DNA of 64,000 nt from Escherichia phage REP4: the sequence record OQ174503.1. One strand, 5' to 3'. Under the pieces are notes generated by a model, which worked only from the letters and a program-made list of their open reading frames with translations, was not told the origin of the DNA and ran no database searches. Shown here piece by piece: positions 49,674 through 58,028 of this stretch. The position numbers were made by a program, and so were the translations under genes. The first letter of the stretch is position 1. Each line of letters begins with the position of its first letter.

Positions 49674-50207
49674 TCACTTTGAAATCATAGTTGGAATGAC
49701 AGAATCAAGATAAGTCTTTAGCGCAATAGCTTCGTCTTTGGTAAATGTGACAATATGTGATCGAAAATCATCAATTTGACGAATAGTTAAGACATCTCCC
49801 TCTTCATAACATTTTGATACATTTAAAAGAGTTTCATCATTCTGATTGCAATCGTTAGTAATAATAGCATTGCAATTTTTGAGCCATTTTAAACTATGTT
49901 TTCTTTCATTAGAATAATAAAAATATTTAATCTTAGCTATAAAACTATCCCAATGAATAACTGATAAACACATTGACTCACTTTTAATATTAAATCCTGG
50001 GCATGAAGAATAAAAATGAATTTTGTGCTCATCATTGATGCTTACTATTTTATCAGTATAAGGATATTCAATTTGGGTTAAATGAATGATTTCACTAGGC
50101 GTAAAATACAGCATATCGTCTTCTTGCGTCAAACGATACATGTTATTTACTTTTTCTATAGCCAATTCACCAAAAAGCGGACTAACTTCTAATACTAATC
50201 GTTTCAT
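49674..50207 (-). CDS. Hypothetical protein (177 aa from ATG at 50207), paralog of 49146..49667
   Basis: Track start is GTG; trimmed to ATG. Confidence 0.55.
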   Translation of the reverse strand: MKRLVLEVSPLFGELAIEKVNNMYRLTQEDDMLYFTPSEIIHLTQIEYPYTDKIVSINDEHKIHFYSSCPGFNIKSESMCLSVIHWDSFIAKIKYFYYSNERKHSLKWLKNCNAIITNDCNQNDETLLNVSKCYEEGDVLTIRQIDDFRSHIVTFTKDEAIALKTYLDSVIPTMISK

Positions 50208-50233
50208 ATTGATTCTCTTCGACTCACTCACAA

Positions 50234-50338
50234 TTACATACTCCTTTGAATAATATCAATAATGTTGTTCACCAGATTATAAGTAAACATTGGGTAATTA
50301 TATTGAATCATCACATACACAACAAACAAAATTTTCAT
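50234..50338 (-). CDS. Small hydrophobic peptide (34 aa)
   Basis: Hand-translated MKILFVVYVMIQYNYPMF...; AAGGAG Shine-Dalgarno. Confidence 0.3.
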   Translation of the reverse strand: MKILFVVYVMIQYNYPMFTYNLVNNIIDIIQRSM

Positions 50339-50366
50339 TCTCTTCTCCTTGGCAGTTGACAAGATT

Positions 50367-50396
50367 ACTATACCATAACCTTGCCAACTTGTAAAC
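50367..50396 (-). promoter_or_regulatory. T4 early-type promoter (minus)
   Basis: gtaaac at 50391-50396; actatacca at 50367-50375. Confidence 0.5.
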
Positions 50397-50398
50397 CA

Positions 50399-50572
50399 TT
50401 AAATGACGTTTTCAATAAAATTCTGGAGTTTTGTGTGAGCATCAACCATAATTTTCATTTCTTCCTTTGCGAAAGCTGTACCTCTTTCACGAGAAGAATA
50501 CTCATAGTCAGAAACTGCATTAGCATATTCTTCAATTAGCTTCATTAAAAACATCTGCTTTTCAGTTTTCAT
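50399..50572 (-). CDS. Small hypothetical protein (57 aa)
   Basis: Hand-translated MKTEKQMFLMKLIEEYANAVSDYEY... Confidence 0.35.
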   Translation of the reverse strand: MKTEKQMFLMKLIEEYANAVSDYEYSSRERGTAFAKEEMKIMVDAHTKLQNFIENVI

Positions 50573-50756
50573 TATTCCACCTAATCATTTCAAGATATTG
50601 AACTAACTTAGCTTTGGATTTATCCAAATCCTTTTTAGCTGCTTCTATACCATCGTACGAATATCCTTCACAATGCTCAACTGCCAATTGGTATGAATCT
50701 ATTTCAATATCACGTGCTAATTTAATGATTTTTTCAAACTGTTCACGTGTTAGCAT
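50562..50756 (-). CDS. Hypothetical protein (64 aa)
   Basis: ORF track. Confidence 0.5.
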   Translation of the reverse strand: MLTREQFEKIIKLARDIEIDSYQLAVEHCEGYSYDGIEAAKKDLDKSKAKLVQYLEMIRWNNEN

Positions 50757-50758
50757 AC

Positions 50759-50962
50759 TTAAACTCTCGTATTATGATCGATAATTTCATCAAGAAACAT
50801 ATCTAAAGCTTCTACAGCATTATCAACTTTAGCTTCAAGTTCTTCAGCGCCTTTATTTGCAATGCCTGCCGAAAACCAAGCAAAGTCACTAAGTTCCTCG
50901 TCTGCTTTGCGAATTAAAGCTACCAATTCTTTAATTTTATCTGCTTGTTCGATACTAATCAT
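50759..50962 (-). CDS. Hypothetical acidic protein (67 aa from internal ATG)
   Basis: ORF track trimmed. Confidence 0.45.
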   Translation of the reverse strand: MISIEQADKIKELVALIRKADEELSDFAWFSAGIANKGAEELEAKVDNAVEALDMFLDEIIDHNTRV

Positions 50963-51150
50963 TATTCCACCACATATGAAAGAGAGAATATTGCACACGC
51001 CATATGAGTTGCAGCTTCATCACACATATCATAACGTTTCTTAAGAAGTTTTTCAAGTTCTTCACTAGTAACTTCATCCATGTCGACGAAAAAATCACCA
51101 TTAATGATGACGTAGATATTTCCTTCTTGATTAAGTGCTTCAATTTTCAT
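50962..51150 (-). CDS. Hypothetical protein (62 aa from ATG at 51150)
   Basis: GAGGAG Shine-Dalgarno. Confidence 0.5.
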   Translation of the reverse strand: MKIEALNQEGNIYVIINGDFFVDMDEVTSEELEKLLKKRYDMCDEAATHMACAIFSLSYVVE

Positions 51151-51215
51151 GATGTTCTCCTCTTTATCTGATGGTTGTATAGTATCACAGCTCAAATGGA
51201 AAGTAAACCGGTAAA
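51151..51215 (-). repeat. Partial promoter cassette copy (GTTTAC at 51203-51208, -10 TACTAT)
   Basis: Shares gttgtatagta core; sits right after a terminator. Confidence 0.5.
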
Positions 51216-51223
51216 ATGAAAAA

Positions 51224-51241
51224 AGTCTCCCGAAGGAGACT
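51224..51241 (-). terminator. UUCG hairpin terminator
   Basis: Minus AGUCUCC-UUCG-GGAGACU followed by UUUUUU. Confidence 0.7.
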
Positions 51242-51245
51242 AATG

Positions 51246-51632
51246 TTATTCGAGGGAAAGAAGATATTTACTCTGGTAAAACATTCCAGTAATATCATCT
51301 ATCGTGCTTTGAATGGCTGGAGGCATTTCTTTGTAAATGCTATTAGATTGGTCTAGTATGCGATCAATCATTTTAATTGTGTCGGTAGGAAGTTTACTAG
51401 CATCTGGAATTGAAGGTGTGTATTTTCTACCAGAATACCCCAAATACTGCTCACCAAATTTATCAATCAAATCTGGCAACTCAGAGAAAATAAAATCGTA
51501 TGCCTTGTGTCTAGCATAACTTTTAGTTTCAAAATGCGCAGAATGAAAATAAGCTTGCGCAGCCATTAATAAACCTAAGTATTCATCTGCCTTTGAAGGT
51601 TTTCCACTTTGTGAAAAGTCGCTGAATTTCAT
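51246..51632 (-). CDS. Hypothetical protein (128 aa), rI.-1 position
   Basis: ORF track; ATG overlaps end of rI reading frame. Confidence 0.55.
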   Translation of the reverse strand: MKFSDFSQSGKPSKADEYLGLLMAAQAYFHSAHFETKSYARHKAYDFIFSELPDLIDKFGEQYLGYSGRKYTPSIPDASKLPTDTIKMIDRILDQSNSIYKEMPPAIQSTIDDITGMFYQSKYLLSLE

Positions 51633-51923
51633 TCAGTCTCCAATTTAATGTTCATAATTCTAGCGTATGATTGTGCCATCTCCGCGCCTCGTTCTATACA
51701 TTCAAAATCAGAAGAACACGGGTCATTTTTTATAAGTCGTTCGCATAAAACTATAGAACTGTTCAGATGATTCTACGCTTTTATTTTCAAAAAGCATATA
51801 AACGTGTCTAATACCAGATTCCATAAATTTATCAAAATGAGGATCGACATTCGCTTCAATTGGCGGAGATAAAGCAAACGCTAATCCTAGCATGGCAAAT
51901 AGTGCCGTTGCTTTTAAGGCCAT
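51629..51923 (-). pseudogene. rI: rI (lysis-inhibition antiholin) disrupted by +1 frameshift in an A6 run
   Basis: N-terminal 66 aa match RI signal-anchor, then stop after TATAAAAAATGA; next frame continues [32 protein letters not shown] to a stop at 51629. Confidence 0.6.
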
Positions 51924-51935
51924 AAAGGCCTCCTA

Positions 51936-52148
51936 TCATTTTTGTCCTGTATTTACTTTATGCCGATGCACGGCCTTAACTTTATCAAGGTATTTTTCAA
52001 AATTTCGCAATCTAGTATAGTCTGCCGGAGATTGGTTAAGTGATACTTCTCGACGCAAAGCTGAAATGATATTTCCAACTTCCCTACGAATTTCATCTAA
52101 TTGAAGAACAGTAAGATTGCGAAGTTGCTTTTCAGTTAATTGTAGCAT
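51936..52148 (-). CDS. Hypothetical protein (70 aa), rI.1 position
   Basis: ORF track. Confidence 0.5.
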
Positions 52149-52190
52149 ATATACCCCTTTAGTTAGATAAACCTATTTATAACTTTTGCA

Positions 52191-52772
52191 CTAACCGAGC
52201 TTTTTAGTTAATTCATTCCAATGTTTTCTACACAAAGAAACATAAATTTCATCACCAATACAGATTTGATTACCTTCTTTAACTGGTGTTCCATCTTCCA
52301 TTAATCGAGCTGTCATAATCGCTTTTTTACCGCAATGACAAACTGCCTTTAGTTCAATAAGTTTATCTGCAATCGCCAAAAGTTCTTTAGAACCTTCAAA
52401 TAATTTTCCAGCGAAATCAGTCCTTAGACCATAAGCCATAACAGGAACATTATATGTATCGACAATTCGGCTTAATTGATGTACCTGTTCAGTTTTTAAA
52501 AACTGAGCTTCATCTACAAATACACAATGAATATCTTTTTGTGCTTCAGCCCATTTATAGAACTCAAAAATATCCATATCATCCGTAATAATATTCGCTT
52601 CCTGCTTAATTCCAATGCGAGAAACGACTTCACAGACAGAATCACGAGTATCAATAGCAGGCTTAAGAACTAATACACCCATTCCGCGTTCTTTATAATT
52701 ATGCGCAGCAGTCAAAAGAGAAGCAGATTTTCCAGCATTCATTGCTGCATAAGTAAAAATTAAACTCGCCAT
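52191..52772 (-). CDS. tk: Thymidine kinase (193 aa)
   Basis: P-loop AAMNAGKS, VDEAQF Walker B, C-terminal zinc cysteines. Confidence 0.9.
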   Translation of the reverse strand: MASLIFTYAAMNAGKSASLLTAAHNYKERGMGVLVLKPAIDTRDSVCEVVSRIGIKQEANIITDDMDIFEFYKWAEAQKDIHCVFVDEAQFLKTEQVHQLSRIVDTYNVPVMAYGLRTDFAGKLFEGSKELLAIADKLIELKAVCHCGKKAIMTARLMEDGTPVKEGNQICIGDEIYVSLCRKHWNELTKKLG

Positions 52773-52781
52773 ATCACCTTC

Positions 52782-52967
52782 TTAAAGCGTATTCACATAA
52801 GCTATTAATTCGTTTTCTTTCTTATCAAACCGGTCAGCAAATTCTTCCTGTTGTTCGGGAGATAGCGGGCCGTATTCATCATAAAAGGTGTTTGCTTCTA
52901 TATGCTCATCTAGAAGTTCATGGATAAGCTCAAACAATTTATCTTTTTGTTCTTTACTCAGACTCAT
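52782..52967 (-). CDS. Hypothetical acidic protein (61 aa)
   Basis: ORF track. Confidence 0.5.
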   Translation of the reverse strand: MSLSKEQKDKLFELIHELLDEHIEANTFYDEYGPLSPEQQEEFADRFDKKENELIAYVNTL

Positions 52968-53133
52968 ATATTAATTTCCAGAAGTTTTAAAATAATTCGC
53001 TTTTGCTTAAATATTTCCATAGTTAAATGATCAGTATCTTTTTGACCAATTCCGATGGCAAAACCTTTATTAACAGCGAGTTCAATTAAATTATCAAGCT
53101 CACGTAACACTTCATATTGTAACTCAGAACTAT

Positions 53134-53340
53134 TCATTTTGGTTTACCTTCTTTAACAAAATCGGGATAAGGATAAAATCCTGAATAAAATCCTTCACCT
53201 TTATGATTAATGCATCCTTTATTAGAGCAATAGCACCAATAATCGAAATCACAAGCCATTTCATCATTGCATAAAGCAAAAACAACTGGCCATTTACACT
53301 TTTCACAATGTGCATTTTTAAGAATGCTAGTTTGGCTCAT
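53134..53340 (-). CDS. Cys-rich small protein (68 aa from ATG at 53340)
   Basis: CEKCKW...CNDEMACDFDYWCYCSNKGC; chosen over overlapping hydrophobic frame. Confidence 0.45.
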   Translation of the reverse strand: MSQTSILKNAHCEKCKWPVVFALCNDEMACDFDYWCYCSNKGCINHKGEGFYSGFYPYPDFVKEGKPK

Positions 53341-53549
53341 AACCGTGTAACCTTTAAGCAATATTCTTCTACATGCTGTTTACGACCTTTCTTATCAATA
53401 AAGGTATATTCAACGAATGTTCCAATATAGTCTTTATCTACATCATGTGGACTATTAATTGGGCATTTAGTACGGCAAATGCGTTCCCATTGACGAATAA
53501 TTTCCACTTTGTTTTTAGGATCAAACGGATGCGGGTAATGTGCTTTCAT
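53337..53549 (-). CDS. Hypothetical protein (70 aa)
   Basis: ORF track. Confidence 0.5.
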   Translation of the reverse strand: MKAHYPHPFDPKNKVEIIRQWERICRTKCPINSPHDVDKDYIGTFVEYTFIDKKGRKQHVEEYCLKVTRL

Positions 53550-54000
53550 AATCCACCACTATTAAATCAATATCAGGAGTAAACATGTCGATTAATTTAG
53601 AAACCTTATCCCAATCGCCGCCAGCAATACCGCAACCTATGCGTGGAATATAAATTACTGGTTTAAACAAAAGGGTCTCTGCCTGTAGATTTAATTCTAT
53701 CATGCAGTTTACTAAAGCACCATAATCAAGATTAGGACCCGGTTCGTATTGCGTATAAAGGTTATAGCATATACCAAATCCTGTAGGACTGTGTTTAAAA
53801 ACAATAGACATATCGCCTAATTTATCACGAGAACCGTACTCGGTAGTGGTTTTATCTATTTCTAAAATTTTGGGATAGGCTTTTGCTAATTGACCTGCTA
53901 CGCCAGAGCCCATTGTGTGGAAGCAATTGCACCCGTGCGCAATAATATTACCTTGAAGAAATAGGGCGACAATATCGCCCTTGATATATTTTACAATCAT
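53521..54000 (-). CDS. Macro-domain protein (159 aa)
   Basis: GNIIAHGCNCFHTMGSGVAGQL and IPRIGCGIAGGDW resemble macro-domain ADP-ribose-binding motifs. Confidence 0.55.
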   Translation of the reverse strand: MIVKYIKGDIVALFLQGNIIAHGCNCFHTMGSGVAGQLAKAYPKILEIDKTTTEYGSRDKLGDMSIVFKHSPTGFGICYNLYTQYEPGPNLDYGALVNCMIELNLQAETLLFKPVIYIPRIGCGIAGGDWDKVSKLIDMFTPDIDLIVVDYESTLPASV

Positions 54001-54338
54001 CTAGTACTCAATCCTCGATTATAAGAATCTACCAAACGGTCAACCATTGAATGACAAGCGGCTTTATCTTTCTCCTCCGCAACTGAACATTCTAAGGTAT
54101 TCCACTTTTTAGCATATCGTTTTAATAAAGTATCATTTTTGTATCTGCTTGATTTATCTCTTTCTCCGTCTTTATATGCATATATTAATTTCTGCGCAAA
54201 TTCAGCTTGGCATGCTTTATTTTTCCCGCAATAATCCGCGGCAGTACGGTTTACATACTCTCTAATTTCAGTATATGATGTATTTGCTAACGCAGAAAAT
54301 GAAATTAATCCTATACATAAAACCAAAATTTTAGTCAT
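53997..54338 (-). CDS. Secreted Cys-containing protein (113 aa)
   Basis: Signal peptide MTKILVLCIGLISFSALA. Confidence 0.5.
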   Translation of the reverse strand: MTKILVLCIGLISFSALANTSYTEIREYVNRTAADYCGKNKACQAEFAQKLIYAYKDGERDKSSRYKNDTLLKRYAKKWNTLECSVAEEKDKAACHSMVDRLVDSYNRGLSTR

Positions 54339-54876
54339 TTACTATTTCCAAAAGTTTATTATTTTTAAGGTAGTTAGCCTTTTCTAGGACTTCAGAAGCA
54401 TATTTAGAACCTGCTTTAACATTCCATCCCGAATTATAAGAGGATATTGCCTTTCTTATATCACCCTTATGTATATTTAACCAATAAGAAAGTTCAATGT
54501 ACGCCCAGGAAGCTGAATTGGACCGTTTATTCAACATTCTTTTTATTTCGGCATCGGTCATATTATAACCAAGTTCCTTAATTCTTGCTCGCATGGTCGG
54601 CAAATAATTTTGGAACATTCCGTAGGCATGATGCTTTGGTTTAGATTTTAAATTAACTCCGGCAGAGCTTTCTTGCCATAAAATAGCAGCCATTATATGA
54701 CCTAATCCACTCTTGTGGATATTTTTGTGTGTTTTATATTTTCCATCCTTAGAAAATTGTTCCCCGAATTGATACGCGTAACGCATGTTATCGAGTTGGA
54801 CATTACTGAAAGTATGCTCGGAGCTATGTGCCATCATAGAAATGGCCAATAGACCAGCGAGTAGTGCTTTTCTCAT
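54331..54876 (-). CDS. Secreted lytic-transglycosylase-like protein (181 aa)
   Basis: Signal peptide; motifs WQESS, YGMFQ, SYNSGW resemble SLT domain. Confidence 0.55.
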   Translation of the reverse strand: MRKALLAGLLAISMMAHSSEHTFSNVQLDNMRYAYQFGEQFSKDGKYKTHKNIHKSGLGHIMAAILWQESSAGVNLKSKPKHHAYGMFQNYLPTMRARIKELGYNMTDAEIKRMLNKRSNSASWAYIELSYWLNIHKGDIRKAISSYNSGWNVKAGSKYASEVLEKANYLKNNKLLEIVND

Positions 54877-54883
54877 GCTTACC

Positions 54884-55345
54884 TCATTGAGTTTTAATTA
54901 CTGCTTTAGAAGCCTTTCCTGGTAAACGACGACTGTTGATAATTGCCATCCTGCATTGAAGCGACGGGTCTTTGAACTTCGCATTAGGTTTACAAACTGT
55001 AAATCCAAGCCAAAGATTTCCATCGGTGATTTCTAAACGCCCAGGACGATATTCAACCCCATCAATAAAATCCTCGTCAATGTCAGGACGCGGAGGCATA
55101 CTTAGGAATTCATTAACTTCTAAAACATGGTCTTTTATTTTATGGAATAATTCAAAAACATATGTCTCATCAATCTCCCGTTGAATTGCGCGATCAAGAA
55201 GATGCTGAGAATATTTTAGATGAAACGATGAGACCCCTGCTGCTTTTGATGCCTCACGAATCTCATTGTTAATTTGACGAAACTCCGACTCAAAGTGACG
55301 ACGGAGCTTATTTCGACGGATAAAAACTTCTGTGTTGATAGTCAT
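54884..55345 (-). CDS. regB: Endoribonuclease RegB (153 aa)
   Basis: MTINTEVFIRRNKLRRHFESEFRQINNEIREASKAAG... as recalled for T4 RegB. Confidence 0.8.
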   Translation of the reverse strand: MTINTEVFIRRNKLRRHFESEFRQINNEIREASKAAGVSSFHLKYSQHLLDRAIQREIDETYVFELFHKIKDHVLEVNEFLSMPPRPDIDEDFIDGVEYRPGRLEITDGNLWLGFTVCKPNAKFKDPSLQCRMAIINSRRLPGKASKAVIKTQ

Positions 55346-55404
55346 GTTATTCTCCTCTTAACTGATAGAAAAATTATACCACAGTCAAGAGGAAAAGTAA
55401 ACAG

Positions 55405-55683
55405 TTATTCTTTAAATCTAATCAATTTATTCATAGACTTTGAAACTTCTGCACGAACCTCATGTAGGTTTTTAAGCTGTTCAAGACGCTGCTCATAGTA
55501 AGCAATTTCATCTTCTTCGAGACAGTCCTGTGAATCTTCTTTAAGATAACGTGCATAGTCCTGGAAAGCTTTACGGACTACTTCCTGGAAGTCATCAAGA
55601 CTTTGAATTTTCTTAGGAGCAACAGATACACGACGAGGGGCAGTATAATACTCATAACCAAACCCTGCGCTTAATTGAGCCAT
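55405..55683 (-). CDS. Hypothetical protein (92 aa from ATG at 55683)
   Basis: ORF track trimmed; GAGGAAA Shine-Dalgarno. Confidence 0.5.
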   Translation of the reverse strand: MAQLSAGFGYEYYTAPRRVSVAPKKIQSLDDFQEVVRKAFQDYARYLKEDSQDCLEEDEIAYYEQRLEQLKNLHEVRAEVSKSMNKLIRFKE

Positions 55684-55949
55684 TAATATTTTTCCTCTGG
55701 TTGAAACACAGCACGACAAGCCCACATACTAGCTTCTTTGAGTTTCGTTTTAGCAATAGTTAACTGATCGATGCTTTCAGCATAATTCTTCGCGAATTCA
55801 TAGTCTTCACAATTATTTAGCACTTCCCAGAATTCGTCGTATAAAGCATCAAAGATAAGTCCTAAACGAACTTCAGCGTCTTTGATTGCATTCACTTTAC
55901 CGATTTTCTCTTCAGTATGGGGCTTATAACCTTTAATGTCTTCAATCAT
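55683..55949 (-). CDS. Hypothetical protein (88 aa from ATG at 55949); a vs.4/Acb2-like slot by position only
   Basis: ORF track trimmed; GAGGAAG Shine-Dalgarno; positional inference, not sequence-based. Confidence 0.45.
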   Translation of the reverse strand: MIEDIKGYKPHTEEKIGKVNAIKDAEVRLGLIFDALYDEFWEVLNNCEDYEFAKNYAESIDQLTIAKTKLKEASMWACRAVFQPEEKY

Positions 55950-56163
55950 ATTTGACTTCCTCACCAGTACATAAATCATATTCAACTAAACGAATAGGTT
56001 CATGAATGCCATATCCCTGAACGGAAATTTCTGTCGTAGGATAAATTCCACTAATATCACCCATGTTCCATGCTTCATTAAATTGCTGTTCGCCTGAATT
56101 ACTAAACCATTCGGCGAAAGCATTTAGCACATCTTCAGAACCTTCAATAATTATCTTTGCCAT
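55942..56163 (-). CDS. Hypothetical acidic protein (73 aa)
   Basis: ORF track. Confidence 0.5.
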   Translation of the reverse strand: MAKIIIEGSEDVLNAFAEWFSNSGEQQFNEAWNMGDISGIYPTTEISVQGYGIHEPIRLVEYDLCTGEEVKYD

Positions 56164-56525
56164 TACAGGCTCTCAGTAAAGGTACGAGCGATAACGTCGC
56201 GCTGCTGTTCCGGAGTCAGAGAGTTAAAGCGAACTGCATAACCGGATACACGGATGGTCAGCTGCGGATATTTTTCCGGATGCTTAACTGCATCTTCCAG
56301 AGTTTCACGACGCAGAACGTTAACGTTCAGGTGTTGACCACCCTCGATTTTAACTGTAGGTTGTGTTTCAATTTCAATTTCACGGGCATGCAAACCATAG
56401 AAAATTTCTGGGTCTACAAAAGAGTCCTCTTTAAAAGTTTTAGAGACAATAATTCGTGCTTGAATACCATCTTCAAAATAAATAGTACCTTTATGCGTGC
56501 CTTCAAGAATTTGATATGCTTTCAT
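56163..56525 (-). CDS. Autonomous glycyl-radical cofactor (GrcA/YfiD-like), 120 aa
   Basis: C-terminal glycyl radical motif [26 protein letters not shown]. Confidence 0.65.
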   Translation of the reverse strand: MKAYQILEGTHKGTIYFEDGIQARIIVSKTFKEDSFVDPEIFYGLHAREIEIETQPTVKIEGGQHLNVNVLRRETLEDAVKHPEKYPQLTIRVSGYAVRFNSLTPEQQRDVIARTFTESL

Positions 56526-56532
56526 ATAAACC

Positions 56533-56862
56533 TCAATTAGAAAATAAATTTATCCAAGATTGTTCTTTAATTAAAAATGGCTCAGAATCATATGCCATTA
56601 AACTCTGTGTGATTAGTCCTTTAAAAGGCCCATCAATAAATTCCATAGTAAAATATGGAATTTTATTCATTAGCCGTGCATTAGGAGCCGTGCACAAAAC
56701 TCTGCATCCTTTGAATACGCCTTTTTGTAATTTGTATTGCTTAGGATAAAATTCGCTCAAAATGTTATTTTTTGCTAAAATTTCAAAATGATTCACCAAT
56801 TTATTTTTAATAGTTTTTGGCGAAAAATAGAGATATTCGAAAAGCTGAGTGTCTGTCATCAT
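56533..56862 (-). CDS. Hypothetical protein (109 aa from ATG at 56862)
   Basis: Start overlaps stop of upstream P-loop gene. Confidence 0.45.
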   Translation of the reverse strand: MMTDTQLFEYLYFSPKTIKNKLVNHFEILAKNNILSEFYPKQYKLQKGVFKGCRVLCTAPNARLMNKIPYFTMEFIDGPFKGLITQSLMAYDSEPFLIKEQSWINLFSN

Positions 56863-57398
56863 TGCATTCCGATTACGAAAAACTGTGGACGAGTAATACC
56901 ACCAATGCAACATTTAATATTACAGCAGCAGTGTACAGTGTCAATATGGACACTATAAATCTTATCCATATCAGGAGATTTGACAGGCTCATCAATTATA
57001 TATAAAATTCGCGAAAGCTTTAAACCTCTGAACTTGCTTCCTTTATTACCGATAAAACTGCGCACAGAATCAGTAAATAAACGAAAACGTATATCATCAT
57101 TAGAATAACGCGAAAATTCCTTTTTAATGTTATTTGCAGAAATTTTAGCGTAAGCTGAAGTATTAGAAAGAACAATAACTGTTCCGCCATCATACAACCA
57201 ATTAGCAGCAAAGTTAGTCACAGCAATTGATTTACCGGATTGACGTCCACCGTCTAGTCGAAGTGTGCAATACTGTTTAAGTAATTCTTCAAATGGCGGG
57301 ATATATTCGTTTTTACAAATTTCTTCTACTCTAGCATCAGAATGGTGTGTAAAAGCATTCATCAGGGATAGATAAGGACCAGTTAAAAATGTTCTCAT
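56859..57398 (-). CDS. Small P-loop NTPase (179 aa) with Cys-rich C-terminus
   Basis: Walker A DGGRQSGKS, Walker B ILYIIDEP, tail HCCCNIKCCIGG. Confidence 0.5.
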   Translation of the reverse strand: MRTFLTGPYLSLMNAFTHHSDARVEEICKNEYIPPFEELLKQYCTLRLDGGRQSGKSIAVTNFAANWLYDGGTVIVLSNTSAYAKISANNIKKEFSRYSNDDIRFRLFTDSVRSFIGNKGSKFRGLKLSRILYIIDEPVKSPDMDKIYSVHIDTVHCCCNIKCCIGGITRPQFFVIGMQ

Positions 57399-57538
57399 TT
57401 CTTCTCTCTAAATTTGGGCCATTCCGTGGCGCATGAATTGTCCATTTCTGTATTTACCCATTACCGCACTTGGGCTCGACCTTATTACAGGTTGGCGGGA
57501 ATCCCTCACAGAATCATGAGGTCCAGGTTGTTCCCATA

Positions 57539-58012
57539 TTATTTGAACGATTTAACGTACTGAATAGAACCTTTACTATTCACGAAAGCGATTTTACCAT
57601 TTTTATTATACATGGTAGCAGTACGCTGATAGCCATAAGTTTGCTTACCAGATTGATAACCAACTAATGCAAAATTATCTTCACCCATTTTATTCTGTTT
57701 AGCGCGAATGCGTTCATGACCATGTGCCATAAGAACCTTAGCATCACCAGTTGCAATGGATCGACGAGTTTTTTCATCTTCAACTGTATTAACAAAGTCG
57801 TCAAATGAATCAAATTTAGCATGAGATTTATTATACAGTTTTCCATCTACTGCATAATTATATCCCTGTACATCCATCTCAACTTCTGTACCATCATCCA
57901 ATACAGCAGTGATTTTCTGTCCTTTTTTAAATTTCAAAAGATCAGTAAAAGATTCAGCAATAATTTGAGAATTAATAGTTGCTTCAGTAATAAATTCTTG
58001 ATATGTTTTCAT
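57539..58012 (-). CDS. Internal-protein-like head protein with capsid-targeting N-terminus (157 aa)
   Basis: N-terminal MKTYQEFITE with I-x-E protease-site pattern; ipII/ipIII locus next to e. Confidence 0.65.
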   Translation of the reverse strand: MKTYQEFITEATINSQIIAESFTDLLKFKKGQKITAVLDDGTEVEMDVQGYNYAVDGKLYNKSHAKFDSFDDFVNTVEDEKTRRSIATGDAKVLMAHGHERIRAKQNKMGEDNFALVGYQSGKQTYGYQRTATMYNKNGKIAFVNSKGSIQYVKSFK

Positions 58013-58028
58013 GTGTATCCTTTAATTT

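Noticed and set aside
53130-53315. Alternative-frame 61-aa hydrophobic ORF overlapping 53134..53340
   Set aside because: The overlapping Cys-rich frame looks more protein-like and fits the operon spacing; only one can be real and neither is certain.
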